The translations under genes were made by a program, and so were the position numbers. A stretch of 63,024 bases of DNA, counting the filler, from Licmophora abbreviata (taxonomy: Eukaryota): the NCBI GenBank assembly GCA_900291995.1. It is 11 parts of 11 records of this genome, joined end to end, with 100 filler letters (N's around TTAATTAATTAA, not from the genome) between each part and the next. Parts side by side here need not be neighbours in the genome. Positions count along the whole stretch, not along the records: positions 9,238 to 23,625 come from OLMU01003146.1; 10 more parts are not named here. One strand, given 5' to 3'. Below, piece after piece: positions 10,272 through 22,416 of the stretch. A model generated the notes under the pieces. It saw only the letters and a program-made list of their open reading frames with translations. It ran no database searches and was not told the origin of the DNA. The number at the start of each line of letters is the position of its first letter. The first letter of the stretch is position 1.

Positions 10272-12974
10272 ATGGCGTCGTCTCCTCCGTACAGCAGTCG
10301 CAGCAATAAGGCGAAACGCCAAAACTTGGTGTCTCCCGAAACTGGGTCGCAAAAAGCCGCGAGTCACCCGTCGACCGGCGTGGATGCCTATGGAAATAGC
10401 AGTAACAACAATGACGTCGTGTCACTGCGACAGGCTCTCGAAGAGGCTCAGCAGAGAGACGCCACGGCCAAGGCAGCCCTTGCCAAATCCGACAGCGTCA
10501 TTCTGGAACTCCGCTCCAACATTCGACAGCTCAAACGGCAGCTCGACAAGCTCTCGCAGAATAACAAGGAAAGCGATGAGCAGATACGTCATTATGAGAA
10601 TGAACTACGAACACTGCAGACGTCAGCGGAACAGAAGCTCCAACACGAGCAGGCGCTTCACGAAGAGCAACTGCAGAGTCTCAAGTCGCAATTGGTCGTT
10701 AGCAGCAGTGCCGCGAGGGAGTCCATTGTGGGGGAGCTCCAGGTTCAGTTGGATCGGGCGCATGCGCAAATTCTTACTGCTGACATGGTCAGGAAGGAAT
10801 TGGAAGATACGCTGGAAGCGGAACAGTATACGTGGGAGCTGCGAGTGCAAGATCAAGAACGAACGATTCAATTGTTGCAGGAGGACTGTCATACGTTGAA
10901 GGAAGATCTGGAGCAGTGTCGGGCACAGTGGAATGAAGCGGAGCAGGGATGGACGCAGCAAGTGAAACAGTTGCAGCGGCAGTTGGAAGATGGGACGAGG
11001 AGTTCTCCGTCGGTCACTACGAACAAATCCATGCCAGATTATCAAGAGCGTATCGATACGTTGGAGCAGGAACGAGATGAATTGCAGGGGTGTTTGGATG
11101 AAGCCATGAAAGAACTGGAAGCCGTAGATATAGAGCTACGACAGGAACCCAGCAGTGCGGTCGGACCTCTTCAGCATTTGCTGCGGTGGTTGCTGGAACA
11201 GCAGAATCAAGATGTCGATCACTCGAAAATCCCAGACACTGCCGACGAACTGGTCGAGGCGATTCAGCTTCGTGTGGCATCGACGGTCTCCTCGTCCGAT
11301 CTCTTGGCACATCCTGAGGCTGCCATCAAGATTGCCGAGCTGGAAGCGCAGCTCAGCGTGTATCGGGGTGACCTCAAGGCGCGCGATGAAAGTACTGCTG
11401 AACTGCGAGCCAGTCTCAAGGAGGCGGTCGCCTTGCTCAAGCCGCTGCAGGATGCGGTGGCAAAATCAGAAGGAGAAAAGATGGCTTTACATGACCAAGT
11501 GGATGAGCTTATGCAAAGACAGTCACCAATGGACATGGAACGGCAGCTGTTGGATCGACAAGAGCAGGTCAAAGAACTGCAGGATGAAGTGGACTCCCTA
11601 CAGCGTCAAGTTACGCAGCTTCAGCAGCACCCTCCGGGACAGAGTCGTGAACTGCAGGCAATCGACGGAGATAATAACGAAAATGGGGAAATTGCGTCGA
11701 ATCGGAAACGCGGTTCGGAACGCGCTTTGCAAGAATTATTGCGAAACGCGCAGAGTCGATTTCATGAACTTCATCGGGAAAATCACGACGTGGTTGCCCA
11801 GAACCAGCAGCTCAAGGCAATGGTGAATGACCTTGAGCACGAGCTGGAAGATGGAGGTGGTAGGAACGATGAGGGTCTTGAAACAAGCCAAGATGTAGCG
11901 GGTAAAATGCGCGAGGCTGCTATATCTCAGTTAGAAGAGGAGGTCAGTGCATATTCTGTGGAATTGCGCCGAAAAGATGGGGAAATAAAACATGTTCGGG
12001 AAGAGCTTCAAAAGGCACGTAAGGGCGCGTCGGGTCGAAACTATGAAGAAATGCAGGTGGAACTGGATAGCCTGCACGAAAAGATGGAGAATATGGAAGA
12101 TCTCGAAGCGGAGCTGGCGGTCACCAAGGGTGATTTGGAGGCCATGAAGAACGCAGAAGAGGTATTGACCAAGAGTCTGAAGGAAGCACTGGGTCTGCTG
12201 CAGCCTTTGCAGTCGCATCTTGAGATTGCGGAAAGGGAGAAGAACGATCTGGAGAAGCAGCTCAAGGTAACAAGGAAGAAGCTTACACAGTATGAGCAGG
12301 GGCGATCAAAATCGCGTGCGCTTGCTGTTCCCCAACAGAATGCAGAGGAAATGGAGAGCGCATTTCGTCATCTTGAACTGGAGAACGACAAGCTCCACCA
12401 AGCGCTCGAGGATGTATCCCAGAATCTCTCCATGACCGGAGACGAGAATCATAGGACCCAATCAAGGCTACAGGAAAGTCTAGTCGAAATCAAAAGCAGA
12501 TGCGAGGTTACACAGGACAAGCTCGACGGGGCCATGATGGAAAATCATGCATTGGTCGATGCTCTGAAGGAGAAGGAAAACTCCGAAAAGGCAATGCTCG
12601 ACGAGCTTGAAAGACTGCAGGAGAGGACTCGGAGGTCAGAGCAGGAGCTCGAGAACGCCAAATACATAGCCACCTCGGCACTCATGAAAGTGGAGGAAAT
12701 GACCATGGCCAACGTTGAAAAGATGTCTGTGTCGCGAGAAGGCGAGCGACCCATTGACCTCGATGAAGCTCTAAAGGAGGAGACTCCGGTACTGCGGCTA
12801 CTGAAGGATCGAGTTGAGACGTTGGAGCGCGAGCTTAACGGTTCCCGAGAACTCAACGAGTCGCTGGAAGCCAGCATTCAGGAGCGAGATCGAGTACTGG
12901 AGAACGTCAATGGGCATCAATCGTCCCCAAAAATGAATGGCACGACATCATCGCGAGCTCGACACTTGGTATGA
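10272..12974 (+). CDS. Long coiled-coil protein (900 aa), function unknown
   Basis: Single long ORF rich in E/Q/L heptads; internal repeat SLKEA..LL.PLQ appears twice. Confidence 0.85.
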   Translation: MASSPPYSSRSNKAKRQNLVSPETGSQKAASHPSTGVDAYGNSSNNNDVVSLRQALEEAQQRDATAKAALAKSDSVILELRSNIRQLKRQLDKLSQNNKESDEQIRHYENELRTLQTSAEQKLQHEQALHEEQLQSLKSQLVVSSSAARESIVGELQVQLDRAHAQILTADMVRKELEDTLEAEQYTWELRVQDQERTIQLLQEDCHTLKEDLEQCRAQWNEAEQGWTQQVKQLQRQLEDGTRSSPSVTTNKSMPDYQERIDTLEQERDELQGCLDEAMKELEAVDIELRQEPSSAVGPLQHLLRWLLEQQNQDVDHSKIPDTADELVEAIQLRVASTVSSSDLLAHPEAAIKIAELEAQLSVYRGDLKARDESTAELRASLKEAVALLKPLQDAVAKSEGEKMALHDQVDELMQRQSPMDMERQLLDRQEQVKELQDEVDSLQRQVTQLQQHPPGQSRELQAIDGDNNENGEIASNRKRGSERALQELLRNAQSRFHELHRENHDVVAQNQQLKAMVNDLEHELEDGGGRNDEGLETSQDVAGKMREAAISQLEEEVSAYSVELRRKDGEIKHVREELQKARKGASGRNYEEMQVELDSLHEKMENMEDLEAELAVTKGDLEAMKNAEEVLTKSLKEALGLLQPLQSHLEIAEREKNDLEKQLKVTRKKLTQYEQGRSKSRALAVPQQNAEEMESAFRHLELENDKLHQALEDVSQNLSMTGDENHRTQSRLQESLVEIKSRCEVTQDKLDGAMMENHALVDALKEKENSEKAMLDELERLQERTRRSEQELENAKYIATSALMKVEEMTMANVEKMSVSREGERPIDLDEALKEETPVLRLLKDRVETLERELNGSRELNESLEASIQERDRVLENVNGHQSSPKMNGTTSSRARHLV

Positions 12975-13176
12975 AGGGGAATTCATCTTAGTGCACTTCG
13001 TAAACATTAACTTCTCTATCTACTAGTACATGGGGGGTACATGGGGGTGTATCAAAGCATTCAATCTATTTCGGTGTGTTTACTCCGCGAGGTTGAGATA
13101 GAAACCACCGAAGTACAATACTATGACGAAGTCATTCATTCAAATATAATGCCCTCTGCTCCATGCACTCTTTCAT

Positions 13177-16007
13177 CTAGATCGACCAAGTCGACTCCTC
13201 TGGAACTGACATATGCATCCCACCCAATCGAACGCTGCAATGAGCGCAGCTCCCTCGATTTGAATGGTTCCTGTGGTGACACAAATAGCATTCCCATACG
13301 TGAACGTGTCTCGGATAAGTAGGCTCGTCACTCTTCAGAGCCTGTGGCAGTTGCAAGGTAGCTTGAGCGGGTGTTGACGCTGTCTCTAGAAGGATGCTCG
13401 TCGGCGAGATTGATTTCGAACGTGCCTCGGTGGGTGCTTCTTTTCCCCTGACGGTTGGCAGAGCTGGATTGTTCTCGTTGATGCCACGAGTATTGAGCTC
13501 GCCTTTGGACTCAACGCTATCGTTCGTATCGGATGGCGTTATGGACGGAGGGCTAGACTGGTTGGACTTAAACAGATTGGTAGCGCAAGTTCTGCGAGAG
13601 CTTGTGGAGCGTCGATAATCCTCTTTTGAGTGAAGGTAGCGTTGTCAATGGAACGGACATCTTCACGGTCCTCAAATCGCTGACGTAAATGTTCCTTCGC
13701 GGGCAGCTCTGGTTTTGCGGTTTCAATCGCGTCATGTGTTTCCATCTGCGCCGTCTCTCTCCTCGCCCCGTGTGTTGCGAGACGAGCCCGGTTCAAGATT
13801 ATACATTCTGTAGAGTCGTCCAGATCCGTAGTGTGCTCTTTTGTAATACGACATTCGAATGGCTTGAGAAAGTATTGAGGTTTGGGGGCGAAGTGTGAGC
13901 GGTGGGGTTAAAATAGCGACGAAACACTCCCGTTTTGTAGTGGGACGTACCGACCGGCAGCCATTTGCGATGCATGAGCCGCACGTGGCAAGCCCACTAA
14001 AGAGATCGAACGCCAATTGGATGGTGACGTCTAGATATGGTGCTTCGGGAGCTTCCCTGTTGTGCGAGGCAACTTCCACAATATGACCGAGAATCTGTTT
14101 CTGCAAGGGGCAATTGGAGCTAGGGTCCATAAGCCGGTGAAGATCTTGGAGAGAGTGAGCTGAAGGTCCACCAACCGAGGCGTTGGTCTTTTTGCTTTTT
14201 CGCCATTGGTGGACGTTTGCCGCCCTTCCACATCATACAGATTCCGCATCGGCTGCGCGACCCTGGCATACAGATCATGCATCTGGGGCAGATCCATTGT
14301 GAGCTGTCGCTGGCGTCAATCCAGTTCTTCTTTCTGCTAGAGAATCGGAAGAGTTTCGTGGCAAAATCTTCCCGGTCTAGGTCTTTCGTGTGGTGTTGTT
14401 TCACACGGCATTCAAACGGCTGTGGTCGTCCAAGATACCGAGAAAGTGGAAAGTGAGATCAAGAAACTGATAGTACTGGCGATTGAATGCATTGAGCATA
14501 CATACCGTCCCTTTCTTCGCACGGCAGTCATCACAAGGCAGCATTCCACTGAAGAGGTCGAAAGCAGCCTCAATGTCCCAGTAGTGCCGACCATCAGATC
14601 CTTGGAATGGAGCGTTTGGAGTCTTTTTATATTGATGTGCAGCGAGAAGGATCCTGGAAAGCATTGGTCGACGGATCGAAAGATCAACCGAGGGATCCAT
14701 GATTGTCGATAGCTCAGTGACACGGGCTGGTCTGTTCAAGTTGCCGTCGCCTGACTCGAGCTTTCTCGTCGAACCTTGTGCTTCCGCCAGTTCAGCAATC
14801 GAAGCATCATCGATCGAGGCTGGCTCGCTCCCCTCCGGTGAAGCACTCGTTTGCCGAAATGGAGCGTTTGCTGTGTCTTCGAACAACTTTGGAGCTCCAG
14901 TAGATTTGGTGTCCTGGGATGCTTTGAAATTGGTTGTACTTGCTGAGCAAGACGAATCAATGTCATCAGGACTGCCTTGGCTGGCACAGGACAGTAGTGA
15001 CTGCACCGCAGATGTGCCTGCTGAGCAAGACGCTGGATGCGAATCACTATCATCGGGACTGCCTTGAGTCGCAAAGAACAAAAGTGAGTGCGCCGCAGCC
15101 ATATCGTGGACAGAGCATTCCTCTTCCCTGTGTGTTCGACCGACAAACGCAAGTGTCGGCCGTCGAGAGACAGTCGCCTGCTGTTGCTGCTGTTTCGGCC
15201 AGGCTCCGGTCTGCCATCGCTGACAGACAAAGCATTGAGACTCCGACGTGAGAATGTCAATATTACAGTGCTGGCATATCCACACGCCCTTGCCGTCGTT
15301 GCAGTGAGCCTGAGCCCAATGGTGTTGCATCCGAGCCCACATGACCGCCGCCAAGCTACCGTCCAGATCCGATTTGTGTTGCATGCTCACACGACATTTG
15401 TACGTCTGCAACGAGAGAAATCAGAGTGAAACAATCAGAATTGTTCACCAAATATCCACATGACACGCTGCACAGAGGTCTTCCATCAACGTACCGCCCG
15501 TCTTCTCTGATGACACTCTTGACACGGCACAAGCCTACTGAAGTCATTGAAGACGTCTGCCACTGTACCCTTGAAATGACTCCCATCGATCCCCTGAAAG
15601 GGCGCGTCTGCTTCTTTTCGACAGGCCGACTGCAATATAGAAAGATGCAGCTGTCGCTTTGACTTGGCAGGGGCTGTGGCAAAGAAGCGATTGAGATTGT
15701 TTCGGTGGGTGGACGATGATGTCGCGTGACTACGATTCTTAGCGCGAAGGGACTCGTCGTGGGATTGATGACGCTTTCTCTTCTTCTTACGACTTGGTGG
15801 TGCTGGTTTCGTGGTATCCTTGAGCGCGTTCACCATCGTTTCTCCCCCCATTGAGTATGATGACGACAGGTCCTCCCGCTTCCAGTGAACCACGGGAGGG
15901 TACCGGCGACGGAGCGGATGACTTTCAGCATCAGGCAGAGCACCATCAGCATTGCGCGGTTGCTTGGCCTGTTCGGCATGCCTCGCTGTTTCCTCGTTTC
16001 TTGTCAT
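13177..16007 (-). CDS. Multi zinc-finger protein: three Cys3His modules plus RanBP2-like fingers; introns 15406-15494, 14420-14505, 13863-13950; apparent indels near 14190 and 13625
   Basis: Spliced reading gives CQECHQRRRA|TYKCRVSMQH, CDDCRAKKGT|PFECRVKQHH and CGSCIANGCRS|PFECRITKEH, plus WxCxxC...CxxC fingers. A final WECYLC..N...RGSCAHC finger lies in a frame not listed in the ORF track (stop at 13177). Confidence 0.7.
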
Positions 16008-16478
16008 CTCACAGATAATCGGTCGGTTTCAAACTACGATCGAGTCGCGATGTGCTGGCTCAGAGAGGGTTGACAGGGGCAGCGATGAAGTATGACGGAA
16101 AGCACTTTGCTTTAGACCTGGTATGGTACCAGGTAGGACCCCTACCGGTACTGGTAAAACAGTGCACGCGCCAAAAACTGAAAATGAGAGGTGCCAACCA
16201 CCGGTTATTATCCCGAGCTCTCATTTCAGTGCTTTCCAGCGTCGTTGTGATTGTTGTAGTTTCGCACGAACGCTCGGAAAAAGCGCGAGCGAGCCATCCG
16301 TCAAGAAGATCGCGGACAAACAACAAGGTTTGCATTTCGTAGTCTCCCGCTCTCCTCTTCGGGGCTAATCCGTGTACCTAGTAGAGGTCCATCCAGCCTT
16401 TGTTCTCTCCTTGAGCAACTACAAACTTAGATTTGTAAGTGGGTAGAGGCAGTCAGTCCTTACTCCCACTAGAAGTAG

Positions 16479-19400
16479 CTAACGTAGTACAGCAGCCTCG
16501 GTACTGGTATTTGTACGTTCCCTGCGAGCATGGCATAGCTGGCACGACAGCATTGACGCTTCATTTTCGAGCGTGCATTTACGACAGTTCCACGGAAGGC
16601 CGTGATCTTCTTTCTCATCATCGTCGTCCTCCTCCTCCTCGCCCTGCTCTGACTTTTTCTTGGAGGACTTGCTGTCGCAGTCGTGGCATGTGGTCGTTGA
16701 TGTTGGATGCTGGGTGCGACATTCGGGACACTCCCAGTGCTTTTCGTGAACAGCTGGCGAGGTCGAAACAACAGACGATTGCCAAGGGTCGTCCAGAGCA
16801 TCCTGGGGTACATCATTTTGCCCCTGACGAACAGTGACAGAGTCTTCGTGGTCCGAAGGCAACTTGGCGGCCTTGCTAGCCGTTGCACCTTCCTGGCTTT
16901 CGACGCGTCGCTTGTTGCCTCTTTGACCCCCCTTCCAGGCCATGCAGAGAAAGCAACGACTCCTCTTGTTGTCCGTGAAGCATGAATGACAAATCCAAAT
17001 GTCGTCACCTTTCTCAATCCAGAATCTCTTGCTGGCTGACAGCTTTACAAACATAAAATGGGAAAGTTGCCTGTCGTCCTTTGCGGTTTGCAGTCCACTT
17101 GTGTGCTTGTTCATTACCCGGCATTCAAACGGCTGCGGTTGAAAACAAAACAAAAAAAGGTCACACATAACGTTTGAGAAATCGACAGGTGCTTGTTCGT
17201 CACCCTTTACTAAGGTTTCGTAACGTGCTTACTTGAATGCCATCATGTGCACAGTCCAAGCAGGTTGGAACGTCTGCATGTCGATTGAACAAAACTTCCA
17301 AGGCAGGGCTATCGCGATACTGCACAGCCGCTTGCATGATGCGCATCTGAATGCGATGCTTCATCGCCGAGTTGGCAGAAGCTACGAAATGGTCCATTTT
17401 GGCGACAGTCCACAAAGAACTCTCTTTCTCCTCTTGTTCTTCTTTCTCGTTGTCGTTGTCGTCGTCGTCGTCTGACAGCTCGTTCTCGATATCGGACTCT
17501 TCGACGACCTCGTCTTCAGAACTGGCCACAGTATCGATCGAAGATGCCTCCTCCAGCCTTTCACGGACTCGGTCTCCCCCACGATGCTCGTCACTGGTTA
17601 CCGGTACTTCGTCTTCAGCTAACCGGGCCATAGCCACTTCTTCGACGGGCTCAGCATCACCTGCTATCGTCTGACCTTCTGCTCGCCCGGCACTAGCTGC
17701 CCCCGTTGACCGCTCAACGCTATGGCAAGCAGCCGCTTCCTCCAAGACAGCATTCATTCGTTGTTCAGAAGAGTCGACATTGTTGATCGGAGACTCCTCC
17801 TTCAGCTTTTCACTGGCTCGGGCTTCCTCCGGTACCTCATCACTAGCTACCGGTACCTCGTTCTCGGTCAGCCGAGAGGTAACCGCTTCTTCGACTGGCT
17901 GGGCTGCTATTGCGCTCTCTTCTGATGGCTCGGCACAAACGGCTGTCACTGTCAACTCAGTGCTATAGCCAGTCGCCGCTATCTCTAATACAGAATTCGT
18001 TGGTTGGTGGTCGCTTATCTTGGCGCCACCGACATCACATTCCTCACTCCCCTTCTCCTCTACTGGCGGCGTGCATACCACGTCCAATTCGCCATCCAAA
18101 GGCAATTCGGTGGCGTGTTCGGCCAACCCTTCGGCATTCACTTGCTGAGCACTCGTCGTCGGATGCTGAATCGAATGCACAATAGACCTCTCCGCCGCAA
18201 ACAAGGTAGACGAAAGCTCTGACACGATCTGACGCATGACATCGGTCGCGCACGATGCACCCGAGTGATCTGATTCGTTGAGGACGGCCTGTAGCATGGC
18301 GTGTTCTGCCGCACGCTCATCCTCATCTTGTTTCCAGTTCCACTCAAACAACTTCCGTCACGGCACAGACACAGGAGAGAATCCTGTTCTAGGCGAGGCA
18401 AAATACTCACGACGGCGCAGGCCAACCGCACCAGTGAAGGTGAGCCACCCGATATACTAGGAGCACGGCATTCATTGCCTTCGTGCACCTGAAATGAACC
18501 CAGCGGAGACATATCGCTGCTATTCCACGCCTTAACACATCCATCGTTTCCTCCGCAGGTAAACACAACATTTCCTATAATCTCAATCGCTTCGATTGCT
18601 CCAGTGTGAGCATTGGGTAGATTAACTTGGAAGACATCGTTATCATCCACGTTCACGCCTCCATCTCCATCGTCCGAAAGTTCGAGCCGAAACTTGTGCA
18701 AGCACCCCTCGTTGGTTCCAAAGATCCCTTCTTCTGGGCATTCCGGTAGAAAGCTGCAACGTGTTACGGCATGCTTCTCCGCATATGCCTCCGCGTCATT
18801 CTCTTCCGGGCGGAGATCCCATAGACATTGGTCCCACGTCATCAACGAAGCATTCCGTCTCTTCGCTTGTATCACGGCATGCTTTGGGTTCAAAAACAGG
18901 CACATGACGACCCATTCTCCAATCACTGTGGATGCCACACAATGAATCTTGTTTGCAGCTTCACGACTGACAGGGGAAAAAGAATTCTTGAGATCGGGTG
19001 CGTTGGGATTCAGGGCATCTGGATAGAGACGGACACAGCCATCGACCGTGGAACTCAGCAACTGCGTTGTTCCGTATGGACCTCCCAGTAGACTTAAGCA
19101 TGTGATTTCACCGTTGTCTTTGTGAGTTTCCTCTAAGACTTGGTAGGAGAAAGAGTTGAAAAACTGTGGGTGTGAGGTGTTTGATGTTGTCTGTGTGGGA
19201 GTCGCCAGGACGCTGCACAAGGCGCCGGTGTCGAATCCTACAAAGAAAACGACGGAGCCCCCATGTCGAACGGGACTGACTTGGACCGCCATGACGCGAG
19301 AATCCACTCCTAATTGAAAAATAGGAGTCTGCTCTTCAACAGCATGCTCTGGATTCTTTAGAATGTGGTTCATAGACGGCAGGATACGAACTCCTTGAAA

Positions 19401-19862
19401 GTCTCCCCAGATCAACACAGGGCTGTCGTGTCGGTTCTTGAACAGTCGCTTCCAACCAAAATATCCAGTGCGTGGTTTCTCTTGTTGATGAGGAAAGTAT
19501 GTAGGATTGTCGTAGGCGAGGGCAGCTCGTTGTTTGTCAGGAGAGAGTATTTCCAGCGTCGCTTTCGAAGAAAACGAGGAGGATGCTGTTCCTGTCGACG
19601 ACATTGTTTCTATTAATTTTTCTCGCAGACGCGTCAAAGATTCAAAGAATGCCTCATCGACGTCGTTGTTGCTGTGACTTGTAATTCGGAGTGCGTCGTC
19701 GTTTGTTCCAAACTGCGGTGGATGCTGATCGTGATTGAGCGTAGTGTTGCTGTTGTTGTTGTTGTTGTTGTTTTCAAGAAGAGTATCTGATCCCAACATC
19801 ATATTTTCGGGAGCAGAAGTGTTCATCGTAGTAACACCAGGTGCCCAAACGTGATGCGACAT
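16479..19862 (-). CDS. WD40-like beta-propeller plus acidic linker, one Cys3His module and RanBP2-type zinc fingers; intron 17133-17232; apparent 1-nt deletion near 18350
   Basis: WD-like segments (LLSSTVDGCVRLY; AHTGAIEAI...FTCGGNDGCVKAWN). Adding one T joins CRDGS to LFEWNW. Fingers WECPEC...TCHDC and WNCRKCTLEN....SCQLC. Start ATG uncertain. Confidence 0.7.
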
Positions 19863-20769
19863 GCTGATTGACTCACTCCTCTGTGCCGTTCCAGCATAAT
19901 GGCCGTCGTCACCGTCGTCGCCGTGGGGTGAACCAGAAACAAGAAATTGAAATGTTTTGGTGTCGCGCGCCCTCGAAGTCTTCACACAGACAACGGGAAA
20001 GCAACATTTTGAATTTGATGGTACACTAGAACGGCGAATCATACATTGACTGGACTCACGTGGAAACGAGGGAGACACACACACACACACACACACGGTA
20101 CAGGGTCGAATACTTTGACTCAGAAACTGGGTACGCGTGGTGACAAAGCGGGCACGCCATTCATTTGACACTTCAATCTTTACATTTTTGGTCTGGCGAT
20201 GAAGGTAAGGAAGGCGAGATCTGCTGTCGCTTGCTTTTGTGTGCTAAAGCATCTTTGTCTGATCATTCATCTTCCGGTGGCTTGAAGAGAAAGAAGTACC
20301 GGTACGTACCTGGTGCACAGTACGATACTACGAACACTCATCAAATGGCACTTCGGAAGCACGTGGGTTTGAAATGAGATCTGGAGTTTTAATTTACTTC
20401 GTGAATGTATACACGAATAAAAATAGCGCGCGCGCCAAGGCTCTGAGCGTGTTTGGCACGACAAATTTTCCCAGCAAACGGACCATGAGGACGACCACGA
20501 TGTGGCGAACCTCATCATCAAGACGAACACAAAAAGCTCTATCTCGTCCTGATAGCAGCGAGGATCTCTTGTGGAGAAGTACGAGTAGAGAAACAATGAG
20601 AAAGAGAGTCATGATGAGAGATCCATCCAGACCCGCAAGCCTTGAGTTCACGCCCTCTCAACGGTCGGCGTCAAGTAGACCTACTGAAGTCGTGACAAAG
20701 AGGGGGAGGAGGAGGACGCTGCTGCATGGCAGAGGAAGGAATTCGGCACGGTGTGGACGAACATCCGCC

Positions 20770-22069
20770 ATGTGGTTAGTCTTTTTACTGGGCAGTATTT
20801 CTTGCGGGTACTTCAACTGCCTACTGGCATATGCGCTTGATACGACCACTGCCAGTACTACGACGACAACGAGCAATGTCAGCAGGAGGAGGACCGAGGG
20901 CGGCGGATTGTACGAGAGACGGCGCATTAAGGGCATTGTAGAAGATCTGTCTATAGAGGAGCAACGACGACGAAAACTCGGAGGAGACAAGGGGGGCGAC
21001 AAGACCAGTCCGGAAAAAGGCGACCCCGAGGGAGAAGAAGGTACTACCGATGCACCGACCGCTGCACCTGCAGCCACTGCCATGCCATCGACGAACCAGA
21101 CACAGCCTCCCACCCCACGAGCGCCGACTCGAGCACCGACGGCATCTCCTACCTCCAACGAACCGGTGGACACGACCGTCCTTGTCTCTCTTAGTATCGG
21201 TGTTGCTCCAGCAAGAAGACTACTTCAAGATGAGGTTTCCACTTCCCACGAGCAACAGCGAAGTCTCAATGCCGCATTGCAGTCACTGGTACGGGATTGG
21301 GTGTCGATCGTGATTAGCTCCAACACCTCTCTACAGGTGGAGACGGCAACAAGACGTCGGTTGCAGGCCGCCTATACGTTGCGATACGACCCTATTGAAT
21401 CCGAGGTCGTGTCGGTCTTGTTTGGTGTCGACGTGTCATGGTGGAAACATACGATCGCCTATCAACTGCGACACTCCTCATCGCTGCTACTCACGGAGGC
21501 AGAAGTATCAGCAGTCGAGCAAGATGCGACGAAGGCTGTGCAGGATGCCATTCATTCGGGATCTCTGTTGAGTGCGTTGCGAGAGTCAGCGCCACAAGTA
21601 CTGGCAGTGTCTGTGCCGGGGGAAGAGTTGAATCAAGAATTGTGGAAAGAAGGATGAGCCGAGCGTACCCGATACTCCTGCGGAGGAACCCGATGTTCCC
21701 GATAGTACATTTTCATCGCCGACGTTTTCGGAAGGCATGAGTGAGTCGTGGGACTCGTGGAACACGCGATGTTGGGTGGGAGCTGGACTGCTGGCAGCGA
21801 CGGTACTAGGGACATTCCTCCTGATGCGGCAAGCTCGGGAACGGAGAACCAAGAGGAAACGTGAGGATGTCTGGGGAGCAGCGTTGGGCACTGAAAACGA
21901 TGTGAACAATCTCTTGAATGTTGGTTGGAAAGGCAATGAGGACGAGGTGACGGCTGTGTATGACAAGGAGAAGGAAGGCTACAAAGACAATGATTCTATC
22001 CTCCTTGGAGGTTTCCAGCATACGGCGGTAATTACGAATCCTTCCTCTGCCACTACCACTTCGCAATAA
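20770..22069 (+). CDS. Type-I membrane protein with signal peptide, PT-rich stalk and RRL motifs; apparent +1 indel near 21647
   Basis: MWLVFLLGSISCGYFNCLLAYA signal, PTxAP repeats, TM WVGAGLLAATVLGTFLLM followed by a basic stop-transfer stretch in ORF 21737-22069. Removing one A of AAA joins the frames. Confidence 0.7.
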
Positions 22070-22416
22070 GAGGCACAAGCGAGTGATGACGGTCAGTGCT
22101 TTTTATTGTGCGAAGTATTCCTTATCGCGCATTGGCTGTGTTGCTGTCGGTATTGGCGGCAAGAGAATACAGCATAACAAGAGATTCTTGTCTAGTAGAC
22201 GTTCTTGCCATGTGCAATCGGGGCCTTCGCTTTTACTGGCACTGCATCACTTTAGAGGCATCGCACCTCAGCTGATTTTTGAATGTTTTGTACATATCGA
22301 AGATGGGTCTGGACCGAATTTTTAAAATCGTTCGATTTCAACCTTGGTTCACATTTCGCACAACTGTGTGCAACAAACAAAATCAAGAAAGCAATGAACC
22401 CAAGACACATGCAAGA

